Assembly (NCBI RefSeq): GCF_018977255.1
Contig: NW_024704742.1
Location: 73,348,001-73,412,000 of the forward strand
Length of the DNA stretch: 64,000 nucleotides
Direction: 5' to 3'
Origin: Callorhinchus milii
Taxonomy: Eukaryota
Shown: piece after piece, positions 1 through 13,118 of the stretch
Layout: the number at the start of each line of letters is the position of its first letter
Numbering within the stretch: position 1 is the stretch's first letter
Program-made: the position numbers and the translations under genes
Notes under the pieces: model-generated
Seen by the model: only the letters and a program-made list of their open reading frames with translations
Told to the model about the DNA's origin: nothing
Databases searched by the model: none

Positions 1-856
1 TCTGGCAAGTTTCCTACCTCTTGTCCAGTTAGGATCACCCTTAGAGCCACCTTCAACATAGTCGACTATGCCATCCTCCGATTGCCTTTCCTCCCTCATC
101 TACCTCAGTGGGACTTTTGTCTTTCTCTTTTATTTTGAGTCCTACCTGACTCACTACCATCACTTTGTCTCCACAAATGATTTCTCCTCCTGTCTCCGAC
201 GAATCACCTGCTACATACCCCAAGGCTCTGTCCTTGTCCTCCTCCTTTTTCTCATTTACATGCTCCTCTCAGTGGTGTCATCCACAGACATGGTGTCAAT
301 TTCCAAATGTTTGCTGATGACACCCAAATCTACATTTCCTTCTCCACCTTGACCCTGGGTCCACTGATGTTCTGGCCACTTGCAGACATGAAGAATAGAC
401 GAGTGCCATCCTTCTGCAATTGAATGTAAAGAAGACAGAAACCATATTTCTTGGCACCTGTGAAAGTGAAAGTTGCTGTAGGACTTTAGCTTGCAGGGAT
501 AACACAAGCCAAATGGGAAGAATCTCTGCCTCCAGTAATGTTTGTTTTAAGAACTTACATCTGTTCACCTGACATTATAGATGCTATATGAAACTTATTG
601 ATTTTGTTTATCTATGACTTTCAACTACCCAGCCTTTACAATCTTTACAATCACTTGGGTGCTTTACAATCACTTAACTGATACAAACCCAGTGTTTGTA
701 CTTAAGGGTAACCATGCTTAAGAGTATCCATACCAAACAGAGTTCCATGCATCTCACCTACACGTGGAACTCCCAGAGATATTTATTGGACTGGAATGTG
801 CATTCTCTCCCTGGAGAGAAACATCCTGTTTACCTAATTCCATAAATTCCATATCG

Positions 857-1180
857 AGTCTTGTAGCTCAGTGGTTAGAGCACTCGCTTTGCAAGCGAGA
901 GACCTGAGTTCAATTCCAGGCAGGGCGAAACCTTGGGCAAGTTTCCTTACTCCACACGCCTAATAATAATCCCTCCAAAACCAAAACAATAATTAAATTG
1001 GTCATTTTCAATCTACGACTGTTGTGGGACATTGCTGTGCACAATTGGCTGCCACGTTCGCCCACAAATATACAGTCGGTTCACTTTACAATGTGTTCTG
1101 TGAAGCGCTTTGGGACGTCCTCCCGACGTGAAAAGCGCTATATCAAATGCAAGGATTATTATTATTATTATTATTATTAT
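857..1180 (+). mobile_element. Full-length tRNA-derived SINE with LINE2-like 3' end and (ATT)n tail
   Basis: A box TAGCTCAGTGG, anticodon-like arm CTCGC-TTTGCAA-GCGAG (Ala-like), B box GAGTTCAATTCC. Tail ...gacgtgaaaagcgctatatcaaatgcaagg(att)n. Many copies in the window. Confidence 0.9.
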
Positions 1181-2865
1181 ATAAGTATTAGATTTGATTG
1201 CCAAACATGTCACCTTGGAGCCAGTTCAGCTCTGAGGAGACCCCACTTACCTCCCACCCAAGAAGGATAATCACTAGTTGATCATTTGACATCTGAAAAC
1301 CGCGGGTTTGAGCCTTCACTAGGTGAATGGCAGGTACTAGGAACTCCCTGCGAGCTTCCTGGTGGACAACACATCTCAGCATGAGTGTGAGAGCATTGCC
1401 ACCGTCTTCCTGTCTGCAGCTTGGGCACACATCCCTTCCCATGCTTTGATGAATGATTTGCCCCAATTTATGGAAAACAAAAGTTTGTTGATGTGAATCA
1501 TCAGTGGATGTTTGCACTAAGTTACTGAAGCTCACAGAGACAATAGTAAAGGTAACAATTATATATGGTAACAAGTAATAATTCCTTCAAATAAAATAAT
1601 AATGATTTGGTCACTTCAATCCACAACTGTTTGTGGATACTGCTGTGTGCAATTGGCTGCCGTGTTTCACCACAAAATATACAATTAATTCACTTTATAG
1701 TATCTTCTGTGAAACTCTTTGAGACGTATCGAAGACGTGATAAGGCGCAATATCAAATCCAAGGATTATTTTTATTATTATTATGGCAGAATGTTACAGA
1801 AAGGTATATAGTAATTAATAATCAGAGACCAGAATACAAGCGAATAGCAGTGACTTTTTCTTTTTGTGGTACCATCTTGTCTTCTAGCTTTTCCAGGTCT
1901 GTTAGTACCCGATATTTATACACAATGATAAACAAGATTTTGTGTGTTGTGTTCAACTTTCCTTTCCTCAATCTGGCAGATACCACCTGATCAAACCATT
2001 ACCCAATCGTGTTACATCTTTATGCCCTATTACCTTTTACGTTTTTGCTTATAACATTTCTCATCTATTTTTGCTCTAAGCTCATCCAGTCATCAAACGA
2101 TTCCTTACTTTACTTCTGAATACAGAGAGACCACCTGGTACACATCCACTTTCTACCCTTGGGATCATACATGATCAACAATGCTCATTAGAGGACACAC
2201 AGAAATTACTTTCAAAATCCTCACATTCGTGTACAATCTGGTGTATGTTTCTCTTTCATCTGGTCTTCTATCTTTTTCTGTTTGTTCATCCTTCTCTTCA
2301 TCCGTTGTTCTTTTTCTCACCTCCGAAGACATTCTTCTGTAATGGTTTCCTTTATTGTTTTCTCTCCAATAGGATCTTGCTTTGTTGCTTTTGCTATCTT
2401 CCACACATTATAGTAAATTTTCGTTTCTAGTCTTTTATCTTCATTGTCTTCTTAACCCTCTGCTCTATTCAGTGTATCAGTTACATAAAATGTTTCTCCA
2501 GTTTATATTTAAATTCCAGACCATATTTTGGCAGTCGTATATGCACTTGTTGTAGTCTTGGAGGTGTTTTGTTCAGCCGTTTTTAAAAATTGCTTCCAAT
2601 GGCTTGTGATCGTTCTCCACTGTTATCTTTCCAAACACGTATTATAATAATATAATAATCCTTGCATTTGATATAGCGCTTTTCACGTCTTCTCGATGTC
2701 TCAAAGCGCTTCACAGAATATGCTGTAAAGTGAATTGACCGTATATTTGTGGGCCACCGTATGTTGTTTGAATCTCTCACAGATCAAAACTATCACTAAA
2801 CTTTTCTTTACCTGTGCGTGTGTGTTTTTCAGTTTCCAAAAATGCTCATGATGAGTAAGCTACTG

Positions 2866-2973
2866 CAGAGTGACCAAAAAGTCGTAATACCATTACAATG
2901 TCTAATAAAGAAAGATGATATTTTTGTTTATTTTAAATAAAAGGGTAGATATCATGACTTTTTGGTCACCCTG
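2866..2973. mobile_element. Tc1/mariner-like MITE (108 bp) inserted in the Gypsy pol region
   Basis: 26-bp TIRs CAGAGTGACCAAAAAGTCGTAATACC / CAGGGTGACCAAAAAGTCATGATATC (22/26). TA on the right flank, TG on the left. Confidence 0.65.
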
Positions 2974-3252
2974 TATATTCTCTCCCTGTGTTAAGACCGC
3001 CCAGCCCCATTTTTGTTTGTATCTACTGATATCTTTAGAAGTGTGCTTATAGCATAAAAAATTTGATCAGGAATTTTGTCTTATTAAGTCTCTTATCTCA
3101 CTAATGCCCTAATTACCAATTTCCTTATTGGTCGCTTGATTTCTGTTACTTACAAGATAAACTAGGCTACTGAGTCTTTTAATCCCTCTCTTGTCCTAAG
3201 GTGCTAGCATATTTGTCATCACTTCAATCTTCTTTCTTTTTTATGTAAGGAT

Positions 3253-3396
3253 TGTTATTATTTATTATTATTAATGACATCATACTTGCTTTTGCTCCTA
3301 TGTTATTATTTATTATTATTAATGACATCATACTTGCTTTTGCTCCTATGTTATTATTTATTATTATTAATGACATCATACTTGCTTTTGCTCCTA
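3253..3396 (+). repeat. Perfect 48-bp tandem repeat x3
   Basis: Unit tgttattatttattattattaatgacatcatacttgcttttgctccta at 3253, 3301 and 3349. Confidence 0.95.
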
Positions 3397-5447
3397 AGTA
3401 CAATTTACAATGTGTTTTTCCCTTTCGTTCACCATAGCAATATTATCCATTCTTTCTCCTCTCTTTCTTCCAGATTCATTTTCTCTATCAGGCCCATTGC
3501 ATCAATATTGTATTCTTCTTCCTCATCACTAATAGTAATCTCGGATTCCACATCCAAGATGCCCAACAATTCACCTCGCTCTGATTATACTTGTGGAATC
3601 TTGCTTCCTGGTTGTTTGATGGACCGTCTATATTCTCTTCTCCATGACATTCTTCACTCCTGTGACTTTTCTATTGTTCTCCATCCCTTGTACCTCTCGG
3701 GCCTTTGTTGTTTATTTTTGCACATTCTTGTATATTGGCCATTTCTATTACAAATATAACATTCCTTTCCTTCTGCTGGAGATTGCTGGAAAAGGTGTTC
3801 TAGCATGCATTTCTCACCTGTCTCCTTTTGATTTGGCCTTTGTTTAGGGCTGTATATCTGCTGTACTCCATACTCCTCATCTAAGTTATTCCATCTCCAC
3901 TTAGCCACTTACTCAATTTTCATCTTTTGCTCCACATTTTGCTCAATTTCCGTCATGTGTATTTTGGACATTTCTTCTACATTTATTATGTGTAATGCTG
4001 TTTGAAAAGTCAAATCTTTCTGTTTTAGAAGCTTGCTATGTGTTCAGTTGTCTCTAATACCAATCACTATCTGATCCTTTATCATTTATTTTCTGAGTGC
4101 TCCATAATTCCATGTTTTGCTTAATGACCTTTATACTGTATACTGTATGTATACTGTGTACTGTATACTTTATACTACAAAATATTGGGTGAACAGTTCC
4201 ATAGGCCTTGGTTTACTAGTCAGTCCATGACTGTTTGTGGGAAACTACTGTGCGCATTTGGCTGCCGCATTTCGCTCCCAAAATATACAGTCAATTCACT
4301 TTGCAGTATATTTTGTGAAGCATTTTGAGATGTCTCAAAGACATGATGAGGCACTATATCAAATGCAAGGATTATTAGTATTATTCATTATATCTTCTAG
4401 TGGCACTGCCATATCCCTCTCTAGAGTCTCAAAGTATTCTCTTGCTTCTTCACCCACTACGTTCAGGAAAATAGTAATTTGCTGTGTTTGCAGCAGTTGC
4501 AACGAATTTGAAGATATTACAATGATTTGGAAATCCTGCTTAAACCTTTGACGATTGTGTCTCAGGTTGTTCAATAACTTCAGTGGTCACAGGATTTGCA
4601 CATAATAATAATAATAATAATAATCCTTGCATTTGATATAGCGCTTTCACATCAGGAGGACGTCCCAAAGCGCTTCACAGAACACACTGTGAACTGACTG
4701 TATATTTGTGGGTGAACGCGGCAGCCAATTGCGCACAGCAATGTCCCACAAACAGTCGTAGATTGAAAATGACCAATTTATTATTGTTTTGGGTTTTTGG
4801 AGGGATTATTACATATGTTGATATGGCATCCGATTCTCCAGGTCCTCATCTTGAAAGCCCTCTACTGCCTTCCTCCCACCTACCTCAGCAGGTCTGGCCT
4901 ACTTCATGTCCCCTGCCTCGCCCGCTCCATCATTGGTGGGCGGGCCTTCAACCACTCTGCCCCCACCTTCTGGAACTCCATCCTACAGTCCCTCCCCTCG
5001 CCCCCTCCCTTGCCTCCTTCAAGTCCCATCTCAAGAGCCTCCTCTTCGACCATGACTTTGATCACCCTCCTTCCCCCCTGCCCACCACCCTCCCTGACCC
5101 TGACCTCCAGCTCAGCTCCGAAACACTGATTGTCCAGTTCCTTGGGATGTCCTCCCGACGTGAAAGGTGCTATACAAATGTAATTGTGTTGTTGTTGTCA
5201 AAATAATCCTTGCACTGTCCTGGTGAGCCTGCAGAGCAACACAGTAAGCTGTATAAATATTCATGTTAGAAAACAAGGCAACTACAAAATGTGGTGGAAA
5301 ATACAGTCAAAGTCTTTTTTCTGAAATGAGTAGGACTATTGTGTGATCTGTTTGTGCAGTGATACTCCTGTTTTATCTATGTATCTCTTCTCTTTTCTGC
5401 CTGCTGTTATCCTGATGGACTAATCATTCGCTTGCTGCTGTTACTAG

Positions 5448-5501
5448 GATTGTGGATGAAGCTTTCTACAAACAGCCCTTCTCTGATGTGATCGGCTATG
5501 T
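5448..5501 (+). CDS. CLTA: Clathrin light chain A, 54-nt alternatively spliced (neuronal) exon: (R)IVDEAFYKQPFSDVIGY(V)
   Basis: ttactag|GATTGTG...GGCTATGT|gtatgt. Phase 2-2, 54 nt. Peptide nearly identical to the mammalian LCa neuronal insert VADEAFYKQPFADVIGYV. Branch-like ACTAAT upstream. Confidence 0.93.
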
Positions 5502-8500
5502 GTATGTTGAGTATTATTATTATTTACCTCTCACTGAATCAAAGAATTCATGCTACTTTCTTATTTGCATTTTATCTGCAATATTTAATAATGGGAGAGT
5601 TATGTGTTCATATAATGTGGCTCATTGGATTCTTGTATTTTACTTAGTAGTATTTACCATTGGTGGGCGGGCCTTCAGTCACTCTGCCCCCACCCTCTGG
5701 AACTCCACCCCGCAGTCCCTCCCCTCGCCCCCTTTCTTGCCTTTTTCAATATCCATCTCAAGACCCTCCTCTTCGACCATGCCTTCGATCACCCTCCTTC
5801 TCCCCTCTGCCTTCACCCTCCCCAACCCCGACCCCCAGCTCAGGTCCAAAACACTGATTATCCAGTGCCTTGGGACGTCCTCCTGTTGTGAAAGGTGCTA
5901 TACAAATGTAATTTTGTTGTTGCCGTCGTAGTCCAGAAACAGCTACAATAAGGTATTTTTGATAACCTTGGCCAGTTATGGACATTGAAGGTTTTTTCCC
6001 AATCAAGAATTGTTTTCAATTTACTTAAGTTAATTGACACTATGGTATTGGCATTAGGTGCAGAATTCTATATAAAAACACACTGTTCTGGGCCAATATG
6101 GGCAGGAACTGTCATTGCATCACTTCACTGGGACTTACCATCTCTGTAGTCCATTTTCCCACAACTGAAACATTTTATGTCCTTGTAATTGTCCCTGCAA
6201 TGAGGCTATGAAGTTATATTCATGTTACTGTGGTCAGTCCACTCAGCTAGCTGACGTGCGGGAAGCCACAAGCATGTCAGAACATATTTGCTCCAGATGT
6301 AAAGGATAAATGATCTTCCTTCGTTTAGACCTTAAAACCGAGGTTCTGTCTGCTTGTTCAGATGGACGCTAATGATCCCATGGCACTATTTAGAAAGTGA
6401 AGGGAAGTTTCTCTCTCTGGGTGTCTGGTCAACAATCCCCAAAATAAATTTGGTCACTTTTTTTGGGACACTGCTGTGCGCAAACTGGCTCCCACTTTTT
6501 GCCCACAAAATATACAGTCAATACACTTTACAATATATTCTCTGAAGTGCTTTGAGACGTCCCGACGATGTGAAGGGCAATATATCAAATGCAAGGATTA
6601 TTATTATTACAATTTAAAACTCCTCATACTCCTTCCATGCCTGGGGCTGACCATATCCCACTGATCCCTTTGGTCCTAGTCTCAGCGTTTATGTTTTGGC
6701 TGCTGCCCATGACCAAAACTGTCACCTCTCCCAAAAAAGACCTCGCTTCCATTCCCTGCCCTTCACTATTTCCACTCACTCCTCCCTCCTCACCACAAAC
6801 CTAACCATTTCCAACTGTCCTCTCCCTCCCCCTTCCATCTGCAAACTCCACAGATGCCTGGCTCTCCTGATACTTCCTCAATCCTGTTCTTATTGCCTTT
6901 CAAAATGCACGCTACCTCTTGAACAAATCTCTCACCATCCACAATCTCATCCTGGATGAGCTCCTCGGGCTCACAGAAACCAGGCTGCCCGATAACCCCC
7001 ACATCGAAGCTTCCCCACCTGGACAGACCTTCCACCGCACTCCCACCCTACCTCCCCTGGTTTATCCCCCTACTCCTCCTTCCTCTCTTTTGAGCACCTC
7101 GCTCTGTACCATACCTCTCTTCTCTCTTTCAAAATTTCGCTTGTCTACCACACCCCACCTCCAAACCACCGGTCTCTTCCATGCAAACATTTTCTCTCTC
7201 CCCATATCCGTCTCCCTTTGTACTGAGCACCTCTCATAATGAGCCATTCCAACCTGCATCTAGTCCCCTCCTTCCCCATCTCCTCCAATTTCTCAGCTCT
7301 TCTCCTCCCTTAACTACACTCTCCATATAAACTCCCCCCATGCATAATCGTGGCCAGCCCCTCAATCTCATCATCACACGTGGCCTTCACGGCTCAGACC
7401 TCTCCATCATGGACAAGGCCATCTCCACCCATTTCCTCATATCCTTCTCCTTCCGCAAACCCTTCCCTCTGTCAAACCCTCCACTATCTTGTTTTGCCCC
7501 TGGAAACAGCATCCCTCTGAGTCTGTAACAAAAGCCCTCTCACCCTTGGACCTCTCTCCCTTTGGGTGTCCACCCACAGTAATCTCAATGAGGTCATCAA
7601 GCTGCTAAACTTCTGTCTCTTTTTCCCCTTCAACTCACTTGCTCTCTTGAAATCCAAGACCGTCTCTCATCTCTCTTAAATTCGAATTGCTTGCACTCAA
7701 GCTCAGGTAGCACAATACTAGCCGCATGGTTCACCAACAACACCTCTCTCTCACAAAAGCCCAAAACTCATTTGGTTCCTTTTTCCACCACACATCACTT
7801 CTTTCACATCCCCCAACCCCCTCAAGCACCATCCATCCTCACCTCAGGTGCTAAATACAACAATAACAAATTGCATTTATATAGATAGTGCCTTTCACAC
7901 GAGGAGGACATCCCAAGGCACTGGCGAAGAGGCCATGGACTTCCTTGCATCAAAAATAGATAAAAGTTCAAAGTAGCTTTAAATCCAAGGTACGCTAATG
8001 CACAGTTCAATTTACAGAAAACAAAACTCAAAGATTTCTGTTAGTCACCTTTAACTATGTTTTGGTCAGCTGGGTGTCTAAGACATGTGGAAACCAATCA
8101 CCATGTGCAAGAAATGAAACAGAAAGTTTCACATAGATATGCTACCTACCTCTGTATCTGGAATACACACTCCCTCCCAGGAAGGATGCACTCTGTTTAT
8201 CTAATCCAGAGAGAATGACGTGCAGGTTGGCAAGAGCCAAGGCTTGGGGAACCCAGAGTGTGTGTTAGAGTCCTGCTGGAGTTTAACCAGCTAAAACCAC
8301 ATAGCTTGCCTTGAAAGACTGTGGCATGCTTCCCACCACTTGTCCAGTGAGGACCTACCCAATAGATGTATGGCTAGCTGGGTCTTGGAATACTTGCCTG
8401 GCTCAGGAATCAGACTACCGAGATCACCACAAAGGGTTGACTTGACTCCGACATTCCATTGCCAAGCATGTCACCTTGGAGCCAACTCAGCTCCAGAAAA

Positions 8501-8831
8501 CTGTTGATGTTGGGAGAAAAACAGAAATTCTGAAGAATTCTATTAAGTCAATTAGTATCTAAAAAATCAACCGTATTGTAATAATATTTGATATTGCTGG
8601 TGGAATTCCACTTTGGCAACCCTTAAGCCACTACTCGTGTATCCTGTTGTAAACCAAAGCATTTTATTATCTCAGGATGGACAATAAGAAGTGTTGATTC
8701 AAGTCTCTATTCCAACCTCTGATATCAGATGGCTTCTAAGTTCTCACTTTCTTTTGTGGTTTGATCCAAACCCCTTAATTGGTGACTTCAGTGAACTGCA
8801 TGGTGTTAAAAGGTCATTTTATGCAGCTTTC

Positions 8832-9165
8832 AGGGTGTCAGCTTGCCACAGTTGAATCACTTTCGCCTCTGAATCAGAAGGTTATGGGTTCAAATCCCAC
8901 GTCGGGACTTGGAATCATATAGTCAAAGACGGCACTCTAATGGGTGGGGTTGCATTGTCGGAGGTGCCATCCTTCAGTTGAGATGTTAAACCAAGGTTTC
9001 TGTTTAGGTGGATGTTAATATCCCGTGGCACTATTCAAAAAGAGAAGGGAGTTTCTTCCAGTGTCCTGGCCAAGAAACCCATGAATAATACTGTTCACTC
9101 ACTTCATGGCTGTTTTTGGGACATTGCTGTGTGCAATTATGCTGCTGAGTTTTGCCTACAAATTC
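8832..9165 (+). mobile_element. Older tRNA-headed Deu-domain SINE (SacSINE1/AmnSINE1-like). Related copies at about 14880-15030(+), 31530-31925(-), 36300-36675(-), 37820-38105(-), 43860-44185(+) and 60290-60480(+)
   Basis: Head gcctctgaatcagaaggttatgggttcaaatccc. Central ggaggtgccatccttc..gagatgttaaacc..gatcccatggcactatt motif recognised as DeuSINE-like from memory. Confidence 0.7.
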
Positions 9166-9499
9166 TCAGTCACTCGATTTCACAATAATTCCTAGTAATT
9201 CTTAATGTGCCTTGAAAGAGGGGAGGAAGGGAGCAAGTCGGAGAGACTCCGAGAATGGAACTCCAGAGAGCGGGGCAGATGAGGTGGGGAACATGAAGCA
9301 AACTGGTGTTTGCTCTGTAAAGGGAACGGTCGGGTCGGGAGGTTGCAGAGCTAGGGTTGGGAGGTGGGGGTTTGGAATGAGGGAAGTAGAGATGTTTTCC
9401 ATTGGGGAAAGAGGGAGCTTTCTGTGAGGAAACTTGGCAGCCAAGGAAATCTCCGATCATCTCTCCTGACAGTGAACCACAAAATACTGCCCTCAATTC

Positions 9500-9790
9500 T
9501 TCTCTCTTTCTGCTCTCTCCCACTCTCATGCTCTCCTCTCTCAATTACTCTTCCTCCCTCTCTCTCTCTCTCTTTCAATCACTTTCTCTCTCATGCACTC
9601 TCTTGCAAACCCTCTCACTTCCCCTCTCACACACTCTCTCCACTCTCTCAATCACACTCTCTCCCTCTACATTATCTCTCTCACGTTCTCTTCCCCACTC
9701 TCTCAATCTCTCCCTCTCTATCACTCCCTCCTCTCTCTCACTCTCTCTCTCCCCCTGTCACATTCTCTCTCGCTTACACACCTCTATATA
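9500..9790 (+). repeat. CT-rich low-complexity tract about 120 nt upstream of the CLTA 36-nt exon
   Basis: Degenerate (CT)n/(CTCA)n. Confidence 0.85.
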
Positions 9791-9907
9791 ACGGCTTTAA
9801 AGCATGACCAGTGGGTGCTCTATCAATTCAGCTAATTCAGTATTAGTGTGTCATTTTGCCTAACTTTAACATATCTTTCACTTTTTTCCTTCCAATGCAT
9901 CAATAAG

Positions 9908-9943
9908 CACAAACATAAAACAGCATTGCTACAACCTGCAACA
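9908..9943 (+). CDS. CLTA: Clathrin light chain A, 36-nt alternatively spliced exon: TNIKQHCYNLQ(Q)
   Basis: Polypyrimidine tract, then aatgcatcaataag|CACAAAC...CTGCAACA|gttaagt. Phase 2-2, 36 nt. Matches the LCa-specific insert TNINHPCYSLEQ. Not in the ORF track. Confidence 0.88.
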
Positions 9944-11139
9944 GTTAAGTAAACACTTCTTCTCTTCTGTCTTCCCCTCTGTGTGACTGATGTGGTACTT
10001 GATCCAGTAACAGAGTCCTGAAATTCCACCTATCTTAGTGTGGAAAGAAGCTACTTTGTCTTAAAATTTACGATCGGGCAGAATTATGAAAACCATTCAA
10101 TCTTCATTTGGAAGCTAGGTTTATGCTGATCTTAAAAATGATCAACTTCCAAATTAAGTTTGAATTTATGAATTTTCCCCAATTCTGTGTGGCCTTTAAT
10201 GTTAAGGTAAATTGGTCCTGCTGACTGAGGCTCGTAGAATTTCGGGTCTTGGATGGGCCTGTGTTGTGGAAGCCTGTGCTTGGATTGCTTGTTTAATCTA
10301 ACTATGTGTATGGTGAACATGTTTTTAATTGTTTTTCTGTGCTGATTGATGCTGTATCAACATTCTGCTAACATTGCCTTGCCATAAAAGGAAGCATGTG
10401 ATTCATAGGTTACGCATTAGATACATAAGACATTTGTAAATTAGCAGATGCACTTTTTAGCAGTTGTATTGTATGCTGAACGTAAAGCAGTTATTGTGGT
10501 GGCTGAAATCATACCATCAACAGGCGAGTCTTGAGCCACTTCAACCCCTCCCTCTGGAACTCTCTCCTGAAATCCCTCATCACACCCAATTTCCTCTGCT
10601 ATCGAATCCCACTTAAAGACCTACCTCTTTGACTACACCTCCCAACCCACCTTCCCAGCTTCCTCCTAACCTGGACTCCCATTCAGTCTTTGTAAAGTCT
10701 TTTGGCGATATTCTCCCAATGTAAAAGATGCCATTTAAGTATAGATGATTCTTGTTGTTATTTCCTCATATATTGGTTTAGGCCAAATGGTTGGTCATAT
10801 AGCAAACATGGACCTATTGTAAATAATCCATCTTTTTATATGAACAACTATATGGCAAGTATTCCCACAGGAATACAGGAGATATTGCATTAGCTGCGTG
10901 TGTCTGTGCTGGGTGAGTACCGTGTTGAATCAGAGACCGTGGAGAGTTGTAGTTCATGATCTTTTGGTAATTTATTATATCGAATGTACCTGGATGTACT
11001 GGAGTGCCCCTCTCCCCCCACACACACACTGTTCTAAATGTAAAGCTAGGTTGTGGCATTAGACTGCTAGATAACTGAATATCTGCCACTCCATCTCTCT
11101 TCCTCTGTCAGTTTCTCCTTCTCTATCTCTCAGATAGAA

Positions 11140-11600
11140 CTAAATAGTTGCTTCAACTATATAGAGCCTTGGTCAGACCCCATCTGGACTGCTGCATTCA
11201 GTTTTGGACACCTCACCTCAGGAAGGATATATTGGCTCTGGAGGGAGTGCACCGCAGTTTCACCAGAATGATACCAGGGCTTAAAGGGTTAAGTTATGAG
11301 GACGGGTTCCATAAGGTTTGTCTGTATTCCCTTAAGTTCAGAAGGTTGAGGGGTGAGCCAATTAAGGTTTTTTAAAATAATAAAGAGATTTGATAAGGTA
11401 GATACAGAGAAGCCATTTCCTCTGGTGGGGGAATCCACAACAAGGGGCATAATCTTAAAATGAGAGCTGGGCCATTTAGGAGTGAAATCAGGAGGTAATT
11501 TTTCACCCAAAGGGTAATGGAAATCTGGAACTTTCTCCCCCAAAAGGCTGTGGATGCTGGATCCATTCACATTTTCAAGATGGAGGAGGATAAATATTTG
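11140..11600 (+). mobile_element. CR1 3' fragment. Others at about 55120-55670(+), 56800-57690(-) and 36690-37780(-)
   Basis: LYRALVRPHLDCCIQFWTPHLRKDILALEGV...LRGEPIKVF. Confidence 0.85.
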
Positions 11601-13118
11601 TTATAAAATTAAATAAACTTGCATTTGAGATAGCTCTTTTCATGTCTTTTAGACGTCTCAAAGCGCTCACAATATACTGTAAAATGTATTGACTGTATAT
11701 TTTGTGAGAGAAACACAAGGATTATTACCCTCGGAAAACCGATCCAACAATCGATTTACATTCGGGTTCCTACTTATTGCTAGGTAAACAAAGGCATGTG
11801 TGGGGTAAGGAAACTTGCCCAATGTTTTGCTCTACCCAGGAACTGAACCCAGGTCCTCTTGCTTTCGAGGCGAGTGCTCTAACCACTGAGCTAAAGGACT
11901 TACACTAATATCATTATTTGAAGGTGACTTAGGAAATACTTTTTTTATTGTTATCACAAGACTGTATATTCCCTTGAACGGCTTTACACACCCTTAAATG
12001 GCACACAGCTCGATGACAAATATTGATATGTTGACAGAAACCCTTGGAAACTAGATCCAGTAACCGCCGAAGTTCAGAGGCAGAAAATTGCTGTATGACA
12101 TATTTCTAAAGGGAAAGACTTCTACCAAGTGGGTCTTTATCACGATAGCAACCAACTGGTGGCCATACTTGGGGGGAGTAAAGCGGGTCTCCTTGGAGCT
12201 GAACTGCCTCCAAGTTGATATGTTTGCCAATGGAATGTCGGAATCAACCCTCTGTGGTGTCTCACTCATCCGGGTTTTGAGCCAGGCTGGACCGTAGTAT
12301 TCCAGGACACTGCTGATGATGGTACAGCCAACTGGGCTCATCGATAGGACTTAGAGAGGGCAGACCAGTCACTGGGGGCAGGGACTCTTCCCACTCAGCC
12401 CCTGTTAACCCTGCAAGCCAAAGCCCTAACTGTTAGGATGGCCCAAGCTGAACAAGTAGCAGGAAGCTTGCCAGAAAGTTCTCTCAATGACAAGCAATGT
12501 AATTTTAGCTGGTTAGACAACAGCGGTTACCCTAAAGCATACACCGGGGTGCCCAAACCTTTGCTCTTGCCAACCTGTGCCTAATACTCTTCGGGATTAG
12601 GTAAGCAGAATAGTCCCTCCAGGGAGAGAACGCTCATTCCAAGATTTGATGAGGGTTCAGAAGGACAGAACCATACTGGTGGGGTACAATCAAGTTTATT
12701 TATCAATCACCAAGCACAAAGTTAATATCCCCTTACAGACGTTAAAGCAATAGTACAAAAGACGCGATATTACCCGATCTTTTGGAGAGCAGCTGACCCT
12801 CGGCGGATGTTCTTCATCTCCTAACCTACTTTGCTTAATACCATCCCCCTTATACACAAGAATGGTTATAGTGTCGTGTGTATTACTCCGAAGTGTCATG
12901 TCCTAAGTTTTGAGTGTTGGGTGCAAAATTTTCTGTCCTTTCATGTGCTTATCTATGATTGTTCCTGTAGTTGCTAGCTTGTCCTTTTCATCCTATTTTA
13001 TATATATAGTTGAGTAAAGTTCGGCCTAGCTAAAAGAGGTTTTGTTCACAATTTTTGCCTGTTTAATAAACTGTTCCTTAAGTAGCAGCATTAACTAAGG
13101 TGTGCAATGCATTTGTTC

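Larger units (their letters stand above)
1785..4590 (-). mobile_element. Decayed Gypsy/Ty3 LTR retrotransposon internal region (gag-pro-RT/RNaseH), interrupted by younger insertions
   Basis: Minus-strand remnants in order: IFLNVVGEEAREYFETL and MIKDQIVIGIRDN..KLLKQKDLTFQTAL (gag); PAEGKECYICNRNGQYTRMC (decayed zinc knuckle); ISVDTNKNG; ITVENDHKPLEAIFK; TPPRLQQ...YVTDTLNRA (RNaseH). Many stops and frameshifts. Confidence 0.8.

Noticed and set aside
857..930. tRNA-Ala-like gene (also near 42930-43000 and 57843-57915)
   Set aside because: Acceptor and T stems are imperfect and the head runs into a repeated SINE body and tail.
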